A stretch of DNA of 64,000 nucleotides from Octopus vulgaris (Eukaryota): assembly GCA_951406725.2 (NCBI GenBank), contig OX597816.1, forward strand, positions 45,136,001-45,200,000, given 5' to 3'. Positions within the stretch are counted from its first letter, which is position 1. Every line of letters starts with the position of its first letter. The position numbers and the translations under genes were made by a program. The notes beneath the pieces were generated by a model. That model did no database searches. It was given only the letters and a program-made list of their open reading frames with translations, and was not told the origin of the DNA. Of the stretch, positions 49,904 to 62,055 are shown piece after piece.

Positions 49904-51727
49904 CCTTTTACCAAAGGTAGATATTATTAATTGTGAGAATTAAGGTAGCAAGCTGGCAGAATCATTAGCACAGTGGACAAAATGCTTAGCAGTATTTCAT
50001 CCCTAGTCATGTTCTAAGTTCAAATTTTGCTGAGGGTAACTTTGCCTTTTATCCTTTCAAGGTCAATAAATTAAATGCTAGTTGAGTATTGGGGTTGATG
50101 TTATCAACTTGTCCCCTCCCACAAAATTTCAGGTCATGTTCCTATAATAAAAAGGATTATTAATACTGAGAATTCTAAGACCTGTTGAGGCAAGTGAAAT
50201 CGAAATCAAATTCAATGACTGGCATCCGTGCTGGTGGAGCGCTAAGAGCACCATCCGAGCGTGATCGTTGCCCGAGCAACAAACCGGCCTCCATGCCGGT
50301 GGCACATAAAAAGCACCATTCAAGCATGATTGTTACCTGCGTCACCTTACTGGCACTTGTGCTGGTGGCACGTGAAAAAATATTCAAGCAAGGTCGTTGC
50401 CAGTGCCACTGGACTGGCTCCTGTGCAGGTGGCACGTCAAAAACACCATTTGAGCGTAGCCGTTGCCAGTACTGCCTGACTGGCCCTCGTGCCGGTGGCA
50501 TGTAAAAGCACCCACTACACTCTCGGGGTGGTTGGCGTTAGGGAGGGCATCCAGCTGTAGAAACTCTGCCAGATCAGATGCAGCCATCTGGTTCACCAGT
50601 CCTCAGTAAAACCGTCCAACCCATGCTAGCATGGAAAGTGGACATTAAACGATGATGATGATGATGATGATGAATCTCCTAATACAGTTAACTTTATCTT
50701 CTCTTCTTACTCACAGTAGTAGAATTCAGCTAACAAGTAAGCCCCTATCTGGTCACTTTGATTGCTAGAAATAACAACCAAATCATCTCACTTAAATCAA
50801 GTCTTATGTAACACTTGTGTATGAAATAAATAAGGATGGTCATGACTGGAACTCCATAACAGGTCTGTTACATCGAAGCTGACCAAGGGTTAAATAACGA
50901 CAACAACAACAAAATGGTAAATTTCACTTTTCGTACTAATCTATGCATTCTTTGAGAGTGAATTCTAAGAATATTATTGTTATATTCATTGGGAATTCAA
51001 ACACTGAAGGAAATTGATTCTATATTAGAAAAAAAAAACACTGATGAAAGGAACAAAAAATATTTCCTAATTATAGCTGAAATTAACCATAAATCACCAT
51101 CACCACCACTGTCATCATCATCATCATTTTAGATCTGTTTTCCTTGCTGGCATGGGTTGGATAATTCGACACAGATGTAATGAGCGGAAGGAGGAAATTG
51201 TGCTCCAATGCATCTGTTTTGGCATGGTTTCTGCAGCTGAATGCCCTTTCTAATGTCAACCACAGTACAGAGTGTAGTAGGAGCTTTTAGTGGCACCGTC
51301 ACCGGAGACATTGTCTTGCAGTTTACAAGAGCCTGCCAGGGTTTCTACGACTGAAAGAAGAATAAGAGAAAGTGTGTGGCGATTCTCAGTGAGATGATAC
51401 AGCGAGACTTAAAATGTGGGGAGAAGAACAGATTTATAATTATTAGAAGGTGATAGTGAAGAGAGTAATTAAGGTTACAATACAGGAGGGAGTACAAAGA
51501 AGCCAAGATAAAGGAGGAAACTGTTAGAGTCAGATGTTAGTGAGAAAGAGACAGAGAGATAAGGGTGATGATGTGGGTTGGGTAGAGGGATCCAATGAGA
51601 TGCAGTTAGTCCACATTTCTATGTAGAGAGCAGAGGGCTGGTTTTTTCTGGTTTCAGCTAGCCCCTATGTGGTCACTTTGTTTGCTAGAAATAGCAACCA
51701 AATCATCTCTCTTAAATCAAGTCTTAT

Positions 51728-52371
51728 GGTAAAAATGAGCAACAGATTGGTTTCTCATCCAGGGGAGGAATATATATGCAAGAAAATCTGGAAAATCAGC
51801 CTTAAAAATGTAATAAGGGCTCCTTAAAAATGCAATAATGACTACCCGCATTTCACTGGATCTCTCTATCCAACCAACCTGAACACCCTTATCACTCTGT
51901 CTTTACCTGAAATAAATAAGGATGGTCATGACTGAAACTCCATAACAGGTCTGTTACATCGAAGCTGACCAAGGGTTAAACAACAACAACAACAAAATGA
52001 ATACTCCTTCATGGATGGGGAGAATCCAGTCCATTATAGGACTGGACTGATTTTTACCAGAAGAATGGACTGCAGCAGCACAATCTTATGATCATGAGTA
52101 TAATATTCTAACCACTAAGCCATGCAATACAGAAGGGAGTATGGAAAAGCCAAGAGAAAGGAGAAAACAATTAGTCTGATTTGAGTAAGAAAGGTAAAGA
52201 CAGAGTGATAAGGGTGTTCAGGTTGGTTGGATAGAGAGATCCAGTGGAATGCGGGTAGTCCTTATTGCATTTTTAAGGAGCCTTATTACATTTTTAAGGC
52301 TGATTTTCCAGATTCTCTTGCATATATATTTCTCCCCTGGATGAGAAACCAATCCGTTGCTCATTTTTACC
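51728..52371. repeat. About 180-bp inverted duplication (51728-51908 / 52192-52371)
   Basis: GGTAAAAATGAGCAAC...CTCTGTCTTTACCT versus AGGTAAAGACAGAG...GTTGCTCATTTTTACC. Confidence 0.93.
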
Positions 52372-53133
52372 AGATGAGTAGACTGTAGCAGCATGAAATT
52401 AAGTGTTTTTGTTCAAGAACACAATGCATCACCCAGTTCAGGGATTGAAACCAGAATCTTATGATCATGAGTCCAACATCCTAACCACTAAGCCATGCAC
52501 CCTCATAGAGGAATCCACTGCTAACCTACATTATATGTTTCTTTATTAGCTACACAGGGCTGAATGCAGAGGGGACAAATTACAAAGTAGGGCTTTTCTT
52601 TTTGGGGAGAGAAAAAAGGAAAATAAAAATAAAAATAAAAAATAAAAGGGAGGGGGGTAGGTTTTTGATCAAAAGGGATCGTAAAAAAAAACCCATCAAT
52701 AGGGATCGTGTATCACAGAAATGTCATGATGTAAAGTGTAAAGGGGGAAGCAGATACGGTTTATCCATGGAAAGAAAAGCCTACGGAAAAGACCACAGTA
52801 ACCTCAGGCAAGTATGGGCAGAAGGTGTGAGGAGTGAAACATGAAAGACAGAAATACGTGGAAGTGGTAAAGAATCTGAAGAGGGGCTATTAAGGGAAAA
52901 GTGGGATTCTGAGGTAATGAAAGTAAGTCAGAGAGAGAGAGAGAGAGAGAGAAGAAGGGGTGCTGAAGATGCGGAGAAGCTGTGGGGAGAGTACATAGAA
53001 TACCAGACAATAATCAACCAAATATGTTCGTGCACATGCATGTGTATGTGTATATGTGTGTGTACACATAACGTGTGTGAGTTTGGGTGTGAGTGTGAGT
53101 GTTATGCCTCTTTCACATAAATAAGCCTGATAA

Positions 53134-53362
53134 CCTATTTCTTTATTACCCACAAGGGGCTAAACACAGAGGGGACAAACAAGGACAGACATAGGTATTA
53201 AGTCGATTACATCGACCCCAGTGCGTAACTGGTACTTAATTTATCGACCCCGAAAGGATGAAAGGCAAAGTCGACCTCGGCAGAATTTGAACTCACAACG
53301 TAACGCAGACGAAATACGGCTACGCATTTCGCCCGGCGTGCTAACGTTTCTGCCAGCTCGTC
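53134..53362 (-). mobile_element. Young family A SINE (CpGs retained), TSD GCCTGATAACC
   Basis: AGCCTGATAACC on both flanks (about 53124 and 53366). Confidence 0.85.
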
Positions 53363-53529
53363 GCCAGCCTGATAACCAGTACAAGATGTCCCATATGGTT
53401 AGACTATGTAGCCATAAAAGCACCCTCAGATGCAGATATGTCTGTCTTGTCTTTTTCAACAATAAGAAAACACAAATGCTTCTCATATCACACAAACATT
53501 ATCACACACCTCACTTAAATCATGAGTAG

Positions 53530-54050
53530 CACTCAAATAAAGCCCTCAAATTTGCTCTAATTGTTGGATCAAACTATCCTCAAGGATCTCTCTTAGTGAA
53601 AGTACTTCCTTAACATAGTTATGATTACAGCCCAACAATAGGGCCTTCCCTTCAGGCATCGAAGATACTTCTGCCCCCAACAATTACAGATATTCTACAA
53701 AGCTCTGTTGAGGCCCATAATAGGATATTGCTCTCTCATCTGGCATGGTGCTGCAGAATATGCAAATATCTGACACCATCCAGGAAAGGACACTCAAATA
53801 AAGTCCTCAATTTTGCTCTAATTGTTGGGTCAAACTATCCTCAAGAATTCCTCAAGGTGAAAGTACCTCCTAAACATAGTTATGATCACAACCCAACAAC
53901 ATGGCCTTCCCTTCAGGAATTGAAGATACTTCAGCTCCCTATAATTACAGATATTCTGCAAGAGTCAGTTGAAGCCTTAAGATATTGCTCTCACAACTGG
54001 AACAGTGCTGCTGTTCAAGCGGGTATCTTGGACATCATCCAGGAAGGGAC
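53530..54050. repeat. Tandem duplication, period about 261 bp
   Basis: CACTCAAATAAAG.CCTCAA.TTTGCTCTAATTGTTGG.TCAAACTATCCTCAAG at 53530 and 53791. Confidence 0.85.
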
Positions 54051-54584
54051 CACTTGATTCATTGACAAACTGTCTCCTCTTTCCACCTTTTCTGCTGCTA
54101 ATATAAGGACCTTCACACCACCTCCATTCAGGTATTCTTATCCCCTCGAATCACTCATCCTCTTATCAAGAGGGTTGTATCTAACCCTCTTGAACCCCAC
54201 CCCCATGCTGGTCGCTACCAATCAGTCCTTCCTTCTCGGAAAGTCAGTCCTGTGGAACAAGATGAGATGACTGGATGCAGCTGTTTGGATGCTGGCAATT
54301 TGGCATTGCTGACTGGATACTGTGCATGCAGAAATCTACACAACAGATGGGGGGAGAGAGAGAGAGAGAGAGAAGGAAAGAAGGATAGAGCTAGTGAATT
54401 TATACATACACACAAACATAACAAGGTGCTCACAGAGAGAGAGAGAGAGAGAGAGAGACTGAGAGAAAGAGAGACAGTGGAAAAGAGAGAAGGTAGGGGA
54501 GAGAAATGTTGCAATTTATTAATTGAACAACATGATTGGCATAAACACTTTCCCTCTCTTCATAAAGAGAAACAGGCTCACAGA

Positions 54585-55008
54585 GTGAGAGAAAGAGAAA
54601 AAGAAAGAAAGATAGTGAGAGAGAGAGAGAGGGTGAAAGAGAGAGAGAGGACGAGAGAGAGTATGAGAGAGAGAGAGGACAAGAGAGAGAAAGAAGACGA
54701 AGGAGAGAGGACGAGAGAGAGAGAGGACGAGAGAGAAAGAGGACGAGAGAGAGAGGACGAGAGACAGAGAGAGAGAGGATGAGAGAAAGAAGACGAAGGA
54801 GAGAGGACGAGAGAGAGAGAGGACAAGAGAGAAAGGGCGAGAGAGAGAGGACGAGAGAGAAAGGACGAGAGAGAGAGGACGAGAGAGAGAGGGCGAGAGA
54901 GAGAGGACTGGAGAAAGAGAGAGAACGAGAGAGAGAGAGGACGAGAGAGAGAGAGGACAAGAGAGAGAGAGAGGACGAGAGAGAGACGAGAGAGAGAGAG
55001 AGAGAGAC
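54585..55008. repeat. Polypurine (GA)n/GGACGA degenerate repeat
   Basis: About 420 bp almost free of T on the plus strand, with duplicated GAAGACGAAGGAGAGAGGACGA blocks. Confidence 0.92.
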
Positions 55009-55896
55009 ATTACACATAGATACAAACATAAGATGTTCAGGCAAATGAAGAAAGAAAGAGAGAAAGGGTGAGAGACAGAGCGGGGAGAAAGAAACATTAC
55101 AACTCATTAAACATGATTAGCATAAACACTTTCCCACTCGTCATCGTCATCGTCATTTAACGTCCATTGCCCATGCTGGCATGGGTTGGACAGTTTGACC
55201 AGAGTTGGTAAGCTGGGGAACTGCACCAGACTCCAGTCGAATTTGGCATGGTTTAGGGTGGTGAACTGGCAGAATTGTTAGCATGCCATAGGCACAGGAG
55301 TGGCTGTGTGCTAAGTAGCTTGCTTACCAACCACATGGTTCTGGGTTCAGTCCCACTGTGTGGCACCTTGGGCAATTGTCTTCTACTATAGCCTCGGGCC
55401 GACCCAAGTCTTGTGAGTGGATTTGGTAGACGGAAATTGAAAGAAACCAGTTGTATATATGTATATGTATATATATGTGTGTGTGTGTGTGTGTTTTGTG
55501 TTTGTCCCCCCAACATCACTTGACAACTGATGCTGATGTGTTTACATCCCCGTAACTTAGTGGTTCGGCAAAAGAGATTGATAGAATAAGTACTAGGCTT
55601 ACAAAGAATAAGTCCTGGGGTTGACTTGCTCAACTAAAGGCGGTGCTCCAGCTTGGCTGCAGTCAAATGACTGAAACAAGTACAAGAGTAAAAGAGAGTA
55701 TGCCAGGCAAAATGCTTAGTGGTATTTCATCTGAGTTACATTCTGAGTTCAAATTCCGTCAAGGTCAACTTTGCCATTCATCCTTTCAGGGTTGATTAAA
55801 TAAATACTAGTTATGCACTGGGGCCGATGTAATCGACTTAATCCCTTTGTCTGTCCTTGTTTGTCCCCTCTATGTTTAGCCCCCAGTGAGCATTAA

Positions 55897-56115
55897 CCCT
55901 TTAGTATTTAAACCGGCCATATCCGGCCAAAATAGTTAATCTGTTTTATGTTAAAACTGACCAGATCCAGGCCCTCGCACCTACCCTACAATGTTATTCT
56001 ACATTAAGTAATTACACCATCAAGATCTTGAAGATATGAGATAATGCATGATTAATTCAAATCAATGTGAATCAATAAGCATTATGTTTGATTGAATAAT
56101 CTGAACACTAAAGGG
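55897..56115. mobile_element. piggyBac-like MITE (TTAA TSD, CCCTTTAG...CTAAAGGG ends)
   Basis: TTAA at 55893-55896 and 56116-56119. Relatives at 32930-33139, about 42850-43915 (interrupted) and about 57650-57872. Confidence 0.8.
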
Positions 56116-56189
56116 TTAAAGAAATAAAAATTTGGCATGGGTTCTACAGCTGGATGCCCTTCCTAATGCCAACCACTTTAGAGAGTGTG

Positions 56190-57140
56190 CTAGATGCTTT
56201 TACATGGTACTGCACGGGTGCTTCTACATAGTGTCAAATGGGTACTTTTACATGGCACTGCATGGGTGCTTCTACATGGTGTCACATGGGCACTTTTACA
56301 TGGTACTGCATGGGTGCTTCTACATGGTGTCACATGGGTACTTTTACATGGCACTGCATGGGTGCTTCAACATGGTGTCACATGGGTACTTTTACATGGT
56401 ACTGCATGGGTGCTTCTACATGGTGTCACATGGGTACTTTTACATGGTACTGCATGGGTGCTTCAACATGGTGTCACATGGGTACTTTTACATGGTACTG
56501 CATGGGTGCTTCTACATGGTGTCACATGGGTACTTTTACATGGTACTGCACGGGTGCTTCTACATAGTGTCAAATGGGTACTTTTACATGGCACTGCATG
56601 GGTGCTTCTACATGGTGTCACATGGGCACTTTTACATGGTACTGCACGGGTGCTTCTACATAGTGTCAAATGGGTACTTTTACATGGTACTGCATGGGTG
56701 CTTCAACATGGTGTCACATGGGTACTTTTACATGGTACTGCATGGGTGCTTCTACATGGTGTCACATGGGTACTTTTACATGGTACTGCATGGGTGCTTC
56801 TACATGGTGTCACATGGGCACTTTTACATGGTACTGCATGGGTGCTTCTACATGGTGTCACATGGGCACTTTTACATGGTACTGCATGGGTGCTTCTACA
56901 TGGTGTCACATGGGTACTTTTACATGGCACTGCATGGGTGCTTTTATATGATACCACACAAGTGCTTTTATGTGGTACCACACAGGTGCTTTTATGTGGC
57001 ACCACATAGGCGCTTTTACTTGGTGCTGCATGGATGTTTCTATGTGGCACCAGAGGGGCACTTTTATGTAGCATCACATGGACACTTTTACATGGCACAG
57101 CACAGGGGCTTTTATGTGATGCAACGTGAACACTTTTACA
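56190..57140 (-). repeat. 24-bp minisatellite (about 39 units) with 48-bp dimeric higher-order structure
   Basis: Alternating CTTTTACATGGTACTGCATGGGTG / CTTCTACATGGTGTCACATGGGTA. Distal units match the reverse complement of the 44968 array. Confidence 0.97.
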
Positions 57141-57424
57141 AATAAAACTATGCCCACACAAATAAACAGAGCGAGAAGTGAGGAGAGAGAATAGAAACAT
57201 TAAAATGTCTAACGTCAAATGAGCCAGCATTGAACCAGTGATGTCAAATAAGCAGCATCAAAACAGCTGAGCCAGAACATTCCATACTCCTCTACAATTC
57301 CTTCTCTACTTATTTTCTTCACAAGTGTTAACCTACAAAGGTTTGAGGGGAATATTACCAACATCATTCACACTGGGCTAGGAGGATCTGTAAAGGCCAT
57401 GGAAACTGTCCCCTTCCTCTTAAC

Positions 57425-57944
57425 CAATGGTTCTCAACTGGGGTCCATATGACACCCTGAGTGTCCATATGACCCTCTGGGTGTCCATATGACCCTTTAA
57501 GGTTTACGCGATGCTCGGGAGTCCATGTAAGATTTTGTTAAAATTTATATCCAATAAACTGGTTGTACTTCTACAATGCACAAAACATTTTTAACAATTT
57601 TTTAATACATTTCTTAATAATATTTAATTATAAAAATATAATAGGATCTTTTAACTCATTCAGTATAGAGATCATTCTGTCCAAAGTAATGCTTATTTCT
57701 TCACATTGTTTTGAATTAATCATACATCTCGCAGCTTTGAGATTTCCATTATGGAATTGTTTACTTCTGGTGTAACATTGTAAGGTTGGTGTAAGAGACT
57801 TGATTTGGTCAGTTTGAACATAGCACAAGTAGAATATTTTGGCTGGATATGGCCAATTTAAATGCTAAAGGGCTATGAGGGTCCAGCCAAGGAAAATAGG
57901 AATCAACGGGGGTCCATAGGCAAAATGATGGTTGAGAATCACTT
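57425..57944. mobile_element. hAT-like MITE with a nested TTAA MITE
   Basis: TIRs CAATGGTTCTCAAC / GTTGAGAATCACT resemble the CAGTGGTTCTCAAC ends of hAT-Charlie elements. Sub-terminal GGGGTCCATATGACCC repeats. Confidence 0.7.
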
Positions 57945-58861
57945 CAATAGACCAAACAAATGGGAAAAGATTATAAGAATAAATGCAGTCATATATGATA
58001 CAGTCAATACATATTTATTCTGTGTCTATTTTGCTTCAATATTTACTCTTTTACTTGTTTCAGTCATTTGACTGTGGCCATGCTGGAGCACCGCCTTTAG
58101 TTGAGCAAATCGACACCAGGACTTATTCTTTCTAAGCCTAGTACTTATTCTATCAGTCTCTTTTGCCAAACCGCTAAGTTATGGGGAAGAAAGCATACTA
58201 GCATCGGTTGTCAAGCAATGTTGTGGGGACAAACACAGACACACAAACATATACACACACATACATATATATATATATATACATATATACGATGGGCTTC
58301 TTTCAGTTTCCGTCTACCAAATCCACTCACAAGGCTTTGGTTGGCTCGAGGCTATAGTAGAAGACACTTGCCCAAGGTGCCACGTAGTGGGACTGAACCC
58401 GGAACCATGTGGTTCGTAAACAAGCTATTTACCACACAACCACTCCTACGCCTACTGTTTATATGACATACAAAACTATGACTGTTGCTTTTATAAATTT
58501 TCTATTCCAAGGTCTTTGGGCTAAGATGCTACGGAATGATAAGAGTAATAAATGATGAAGGAATTAAATGAGCTGAGGATAAGTTTAGAGGATCAGGGAG
58601 CATTATGATAATGGGAGAAAAGACAGTTTGACTGGGAAAGTGATTACAGGGTGCTGGCAAATGAACGGTTTGTCTATCAAATGAATAAAGCTTATGTGAT
58701 CTGACAAAAGCTTGCAACTGGTTATAAAATATGGCAAAAAAAGGAAATAATAATGCTCAGCTACATTTCAACAGAACAGCATTACAATAGCAACAACAAA
58801 CAAAAGCAACAAGAAATCAAAAGAAAAAGAGAAATATGCCAGTTAGCAAAACAATACATAC

Positions 58862-59116
58862 AAATTTGTCTGTGAGTGATGTTCTCTTTGTTTTTTTGAA
58901 AGCTTTTGGTCTGATTTATCCAGATATCTGAATAACCAGCATTATCGGCATTAGTGTTTTCATCAGAAGTGAAAGAATTTTCTTGTAGTGAAGTCTGGGA
59001 TGAATCAGGTGATGTGTAATAGGAAGACTCTTTCGTTATGTGTCGCTTCTGAGGTGAGTTGTTCTCAAGCTCTGCATTTTTCTGCTTCTCCTTCTTCAAC
59101 ATATTGACTAAGATAC
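58862..59116 (-). CDS. KIF6: KIF6 (kinesin-9) internal coding exon, stalk region, 255 nt, phase 1-1
   Basis: Translates (S)ILVNMLKKEKQKNAELENNSPQKRH...NKENITHRQI. ILVNMLKKEK matches the motif following QRDNEI in KIF6 proteins as I recall them. The donor T|gtatgt at 58861 joins TG of the next exon to give TTG (Leu) in frame. The 5' boundary depends on the U12-type acceptor reading; an alternative AG would start the exon at 59107. Confidence 0.85.
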
Positions 59117-59133
59117 ATAGCCGGAGTCAAGGT
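59117..59133 (-). promoter_or_regulatory. Putative U12-type branch point (CCTTGAC) and non-canonical AT 3' splice site
   Basis: Minus strand reads ggaCCTTGACtccggctAT|GT ATC TTA GTC AAT ATG. The branch A is 10 nt from the junction, with no polypyrimidine tract and no AG at the expected position. Confidence 0.6.
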
Positions 59134-59164
59134 CCATAATCAGATTGGTTGTTGAAAACATAAA

Positions 59165-59605
59165 CAAAATCAAAATAAATATCAAAGGGAAACTGTAGTT
59201 GTGATACTTGTGCCGGTGGCACGTAAAAAGCACAATCCAAACATGGTCGATGCCAGTGCTGCCTTGACTGGCTTCTGTGCCGGTGGCACATAAATAGCAC
59301 AATCTGAACGTGGCCGATGCCAGCGCCACCTTGATTGGCTTCCATGCCAGTGGCACGTAACAAGCACCAAGCGATCATAGCCACTACCAGCTTCCCCTGG
59401 TACATGTGCTGATTGTACGTTAAAAGCACCCACTACACTCACGAAGTGGTTGGCGTTAGGAAGGGCATCCAGCTGTAGAAACACTGCCAGATCAGACTGG
59501 AGCCTGGTGCAGCCTCCTGGCTTCCCAGACCTCGGTCGAACCGTCCAATCCGTGTTAGCACGGAAAACTGACGTTAAACGATGACGATGATGATGATGAT
59601 GATGA
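59165..59605 (+). mobile_element. Family E SINE immediately upstream (in transcript sense) of the putative U12 branch point
   Basis: Same internal GGTGGCACGTAAAAAGCAC motifs and (GAT)n tail. Confidence 0.85.
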
Positions 59606-59858
59606 AACAAGGCTGAAATGCAACGATTCTTTTTTGGTAAAAGTCAGCAAAAATTGTTATATTTCAGGATGGCCATTTTTTTTTCTTGCCAAATAAACAC
59701 ATGCACCATATATTCATTCTTCACTCGTTTATTATTGTTCTTATGCCAATTGAATAATTTCGGTTAATTAAATATTTTTCAGTTCCCTATATTAAATATG
59801 TGTGACTCTGCAGCATGTGTAGTTTAGAATGCCAAGGTACTTTACTTCATAGCATATG

Positions 59859-59910
<52 letters not shown>

Positions 59911-60191
59911 TGTGTGTATCAAAAGGACCAATAGCTTTCTCAAAGTCATAAGTTCATAAGGCTGGTTTCCTAGATTCTGTGGTATATGCAACCACCCCAT
60001 CACCACTGGATGGGATGCCAACCCACTGCAGGGATACTTATTTTTGTCAGCTGTGGGGACTGAAGCAATGTGAAATGAAGTGTTTTGCTCAAGAACACAA
60101 TGCACAGCCAGTTCAGGAATTGAAACCATAATCTTATGATCATGAATGCAACACCCTTACCACTGAGCCACACACACCTCCATACACACAC

Positions 60192-60222
<31 letters not shown>

Positions 60223-60695
60223 TGTATGTATGTAGTTTAAATTCACAGAAAACAAAAGGTGAAGACTGATAGAGGAACAACTAGCAGGAGTATTAGTTCA
60301 ACACTCATGGAAGAGCAGAAAAGTCTTTGACTATAGGTATATAGTTAACATGTGGAGGCACATGGCCTATTGGTTAGGGTAGCGGACTCACAGTCGAGGG
60401 ATCGCGGGTTCGAATCGCAGACCAGGCGATGTGTGTGTTTATGAGCAAAACACCTAAGCTTTATGCAGCTCCAGCAGAAGGTAATGGGGAACATCAGGTG
60501 ACTCTTTCGCCACAACCTTCTCTCACTCTTTCCTCCTGCATCTAGCAGTTTACCTGCGATGGACCGGCGTCCCATCCAGGTGGGGAACCTATATGCCAAT
60601 GAAACCGGAAAACCGGCCCATTATGAGCCAGGCATGGCTTGAGAAGGAACAAACATAGTTAACATAAACAAGCATGGAGGAATGGATATTCAAAA

Positions 60696-60726
<31 letters not shown>

Positions 60727-61739
60727 TTGATGATGGTACATGCTTGAGTATATGAGTGTGCATGTGTGTATGTGTGTATGTATGCATGTGCATGTGTGTG
60801 TGTGTGTGCGCGCATGTATCTGTGGCTATACTACAAGATATTTGCCAACATGCCATGTACTAGAACTGAACCCAAAGCCATATGATCAGGAACCAAACTT
60901 CTCAGTCCCACACCCATCCCTGCACCCCCCAGTTCATGTCATCTCCACCTACCACCTCACCCAGCCATCCTCAATTCTCTGCACCCTTCTAAATCTTTCT
61001 ACCTTGAGGATATGCCCTGAAACCTCATTTCCACTATCCCTTCTCCTTTTACCACTGTGGTACCCAGGTGTCTCCTTTACAGCAATACACATATCCCAGC
61101 CCTTTTTTTCCTATTTTAGCCTTTCCTACACCCAACTCTCAATATTGCACCCACTTTACTCTGAAGGGATATTGTCTAACATTTTGACCCCATTAGTGGT
61201 GGTACCATGAAGAAAAGCACCCAGTAAACCCTGTAAAGTGGTTGGCATTAGGAAGGGCATCCATCTGTAGAAACCTTGCCAAAGCAGACACTGGGAACTA
61301 GTATGGCCCCCAGCCTAGTTAGTTCCTGTCAAACTATCCAGCCTATCCAAGTATGGAACATGGATATTAATGGATGTTGATGATGATGATGTTGATGAAA
61401 TATGAGTAGATTTAGTAACATGTTATGTGTGTGTATGTGTGCATGCATGTATATGTGTGTGTGTTTGCATGTGTGTGTGTGTGTGCATGCATGTGTTACC
61501 AGAATTGCACCGAGATTGCATGATAGTTGTAAATGAGTGTCACTGTCATGCAAGCAGTGTCCTTCATGTCCACTATTCTGCCTGCTCATGGGGGGGATAG
61601 TACCTTAGTTGGAAACATATGAGGGTCAGTGACAGGAGGGCATCCAGCTGTAAAAAAATCCATCTAATAACTTCCATCTGACCCATGCAAGCATGGAAAA
61701 GTAGATATTAAATCTTCTTCTCCTTCTTCTTCTTACAGC

Positions 61740-61998
61740 ATTCACCTGGGGTGGGTTGAGCTGGCTTCATTCATCCTCAATGCTGCATCTCTCACAAACG
61801 CCGACCAGGCCTGGCGATTTGAGGCTAACAACCACGTGATCTCCAACCACTCCTTATTCCAGCAGCGAACGCTGTAGATATGGCAGCCTAGGTTGGGTTC
61901 CAGATCAGCCTTGACTGTCATCAGCCAGGTTTTTCGTTGTCCACCACATCGCTTTCGACAACCCTGAAGGGGAGCTGGGGCAATTGCTTTGTAGATGA
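61740..61998 (-). mobile_element. RTE-clade LINE 3' fragment
   Basis: RKRCGGQRKTWLMTVKADLEP...RCWNKEWLEI...LASNRQAWSAFVRD is a C-terminal RTE motif. Confidence 0.8.
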
Positions 61999-62055
61999 AT
62001 TCTCCTGTGTGCGTGTGTGTGTGTGTGCAGACACATACACACACACACATACATG

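Larger units (their letters stand above)
21754..58861 (-). other. KIF6: KIF6 GT-AG intron, about 37.1 kb, almost entirely repeats
   Basis: Bounded by the gtatgt donor and ctcacag acceptor. Direct splicing keeps frame (HRQI-L-GPMSLG). Confidence 0.75.

Noticed and set aside
56132-57230. 337-aa and 271-aa Met/His/Cys-rich ORFs resembling reflectin-like or metal-binding proteins
   Set aside because: Translations of the SINE-derived minisatellite. Several frames on both strands are open, there is no reflectin motif, and no gene structure.
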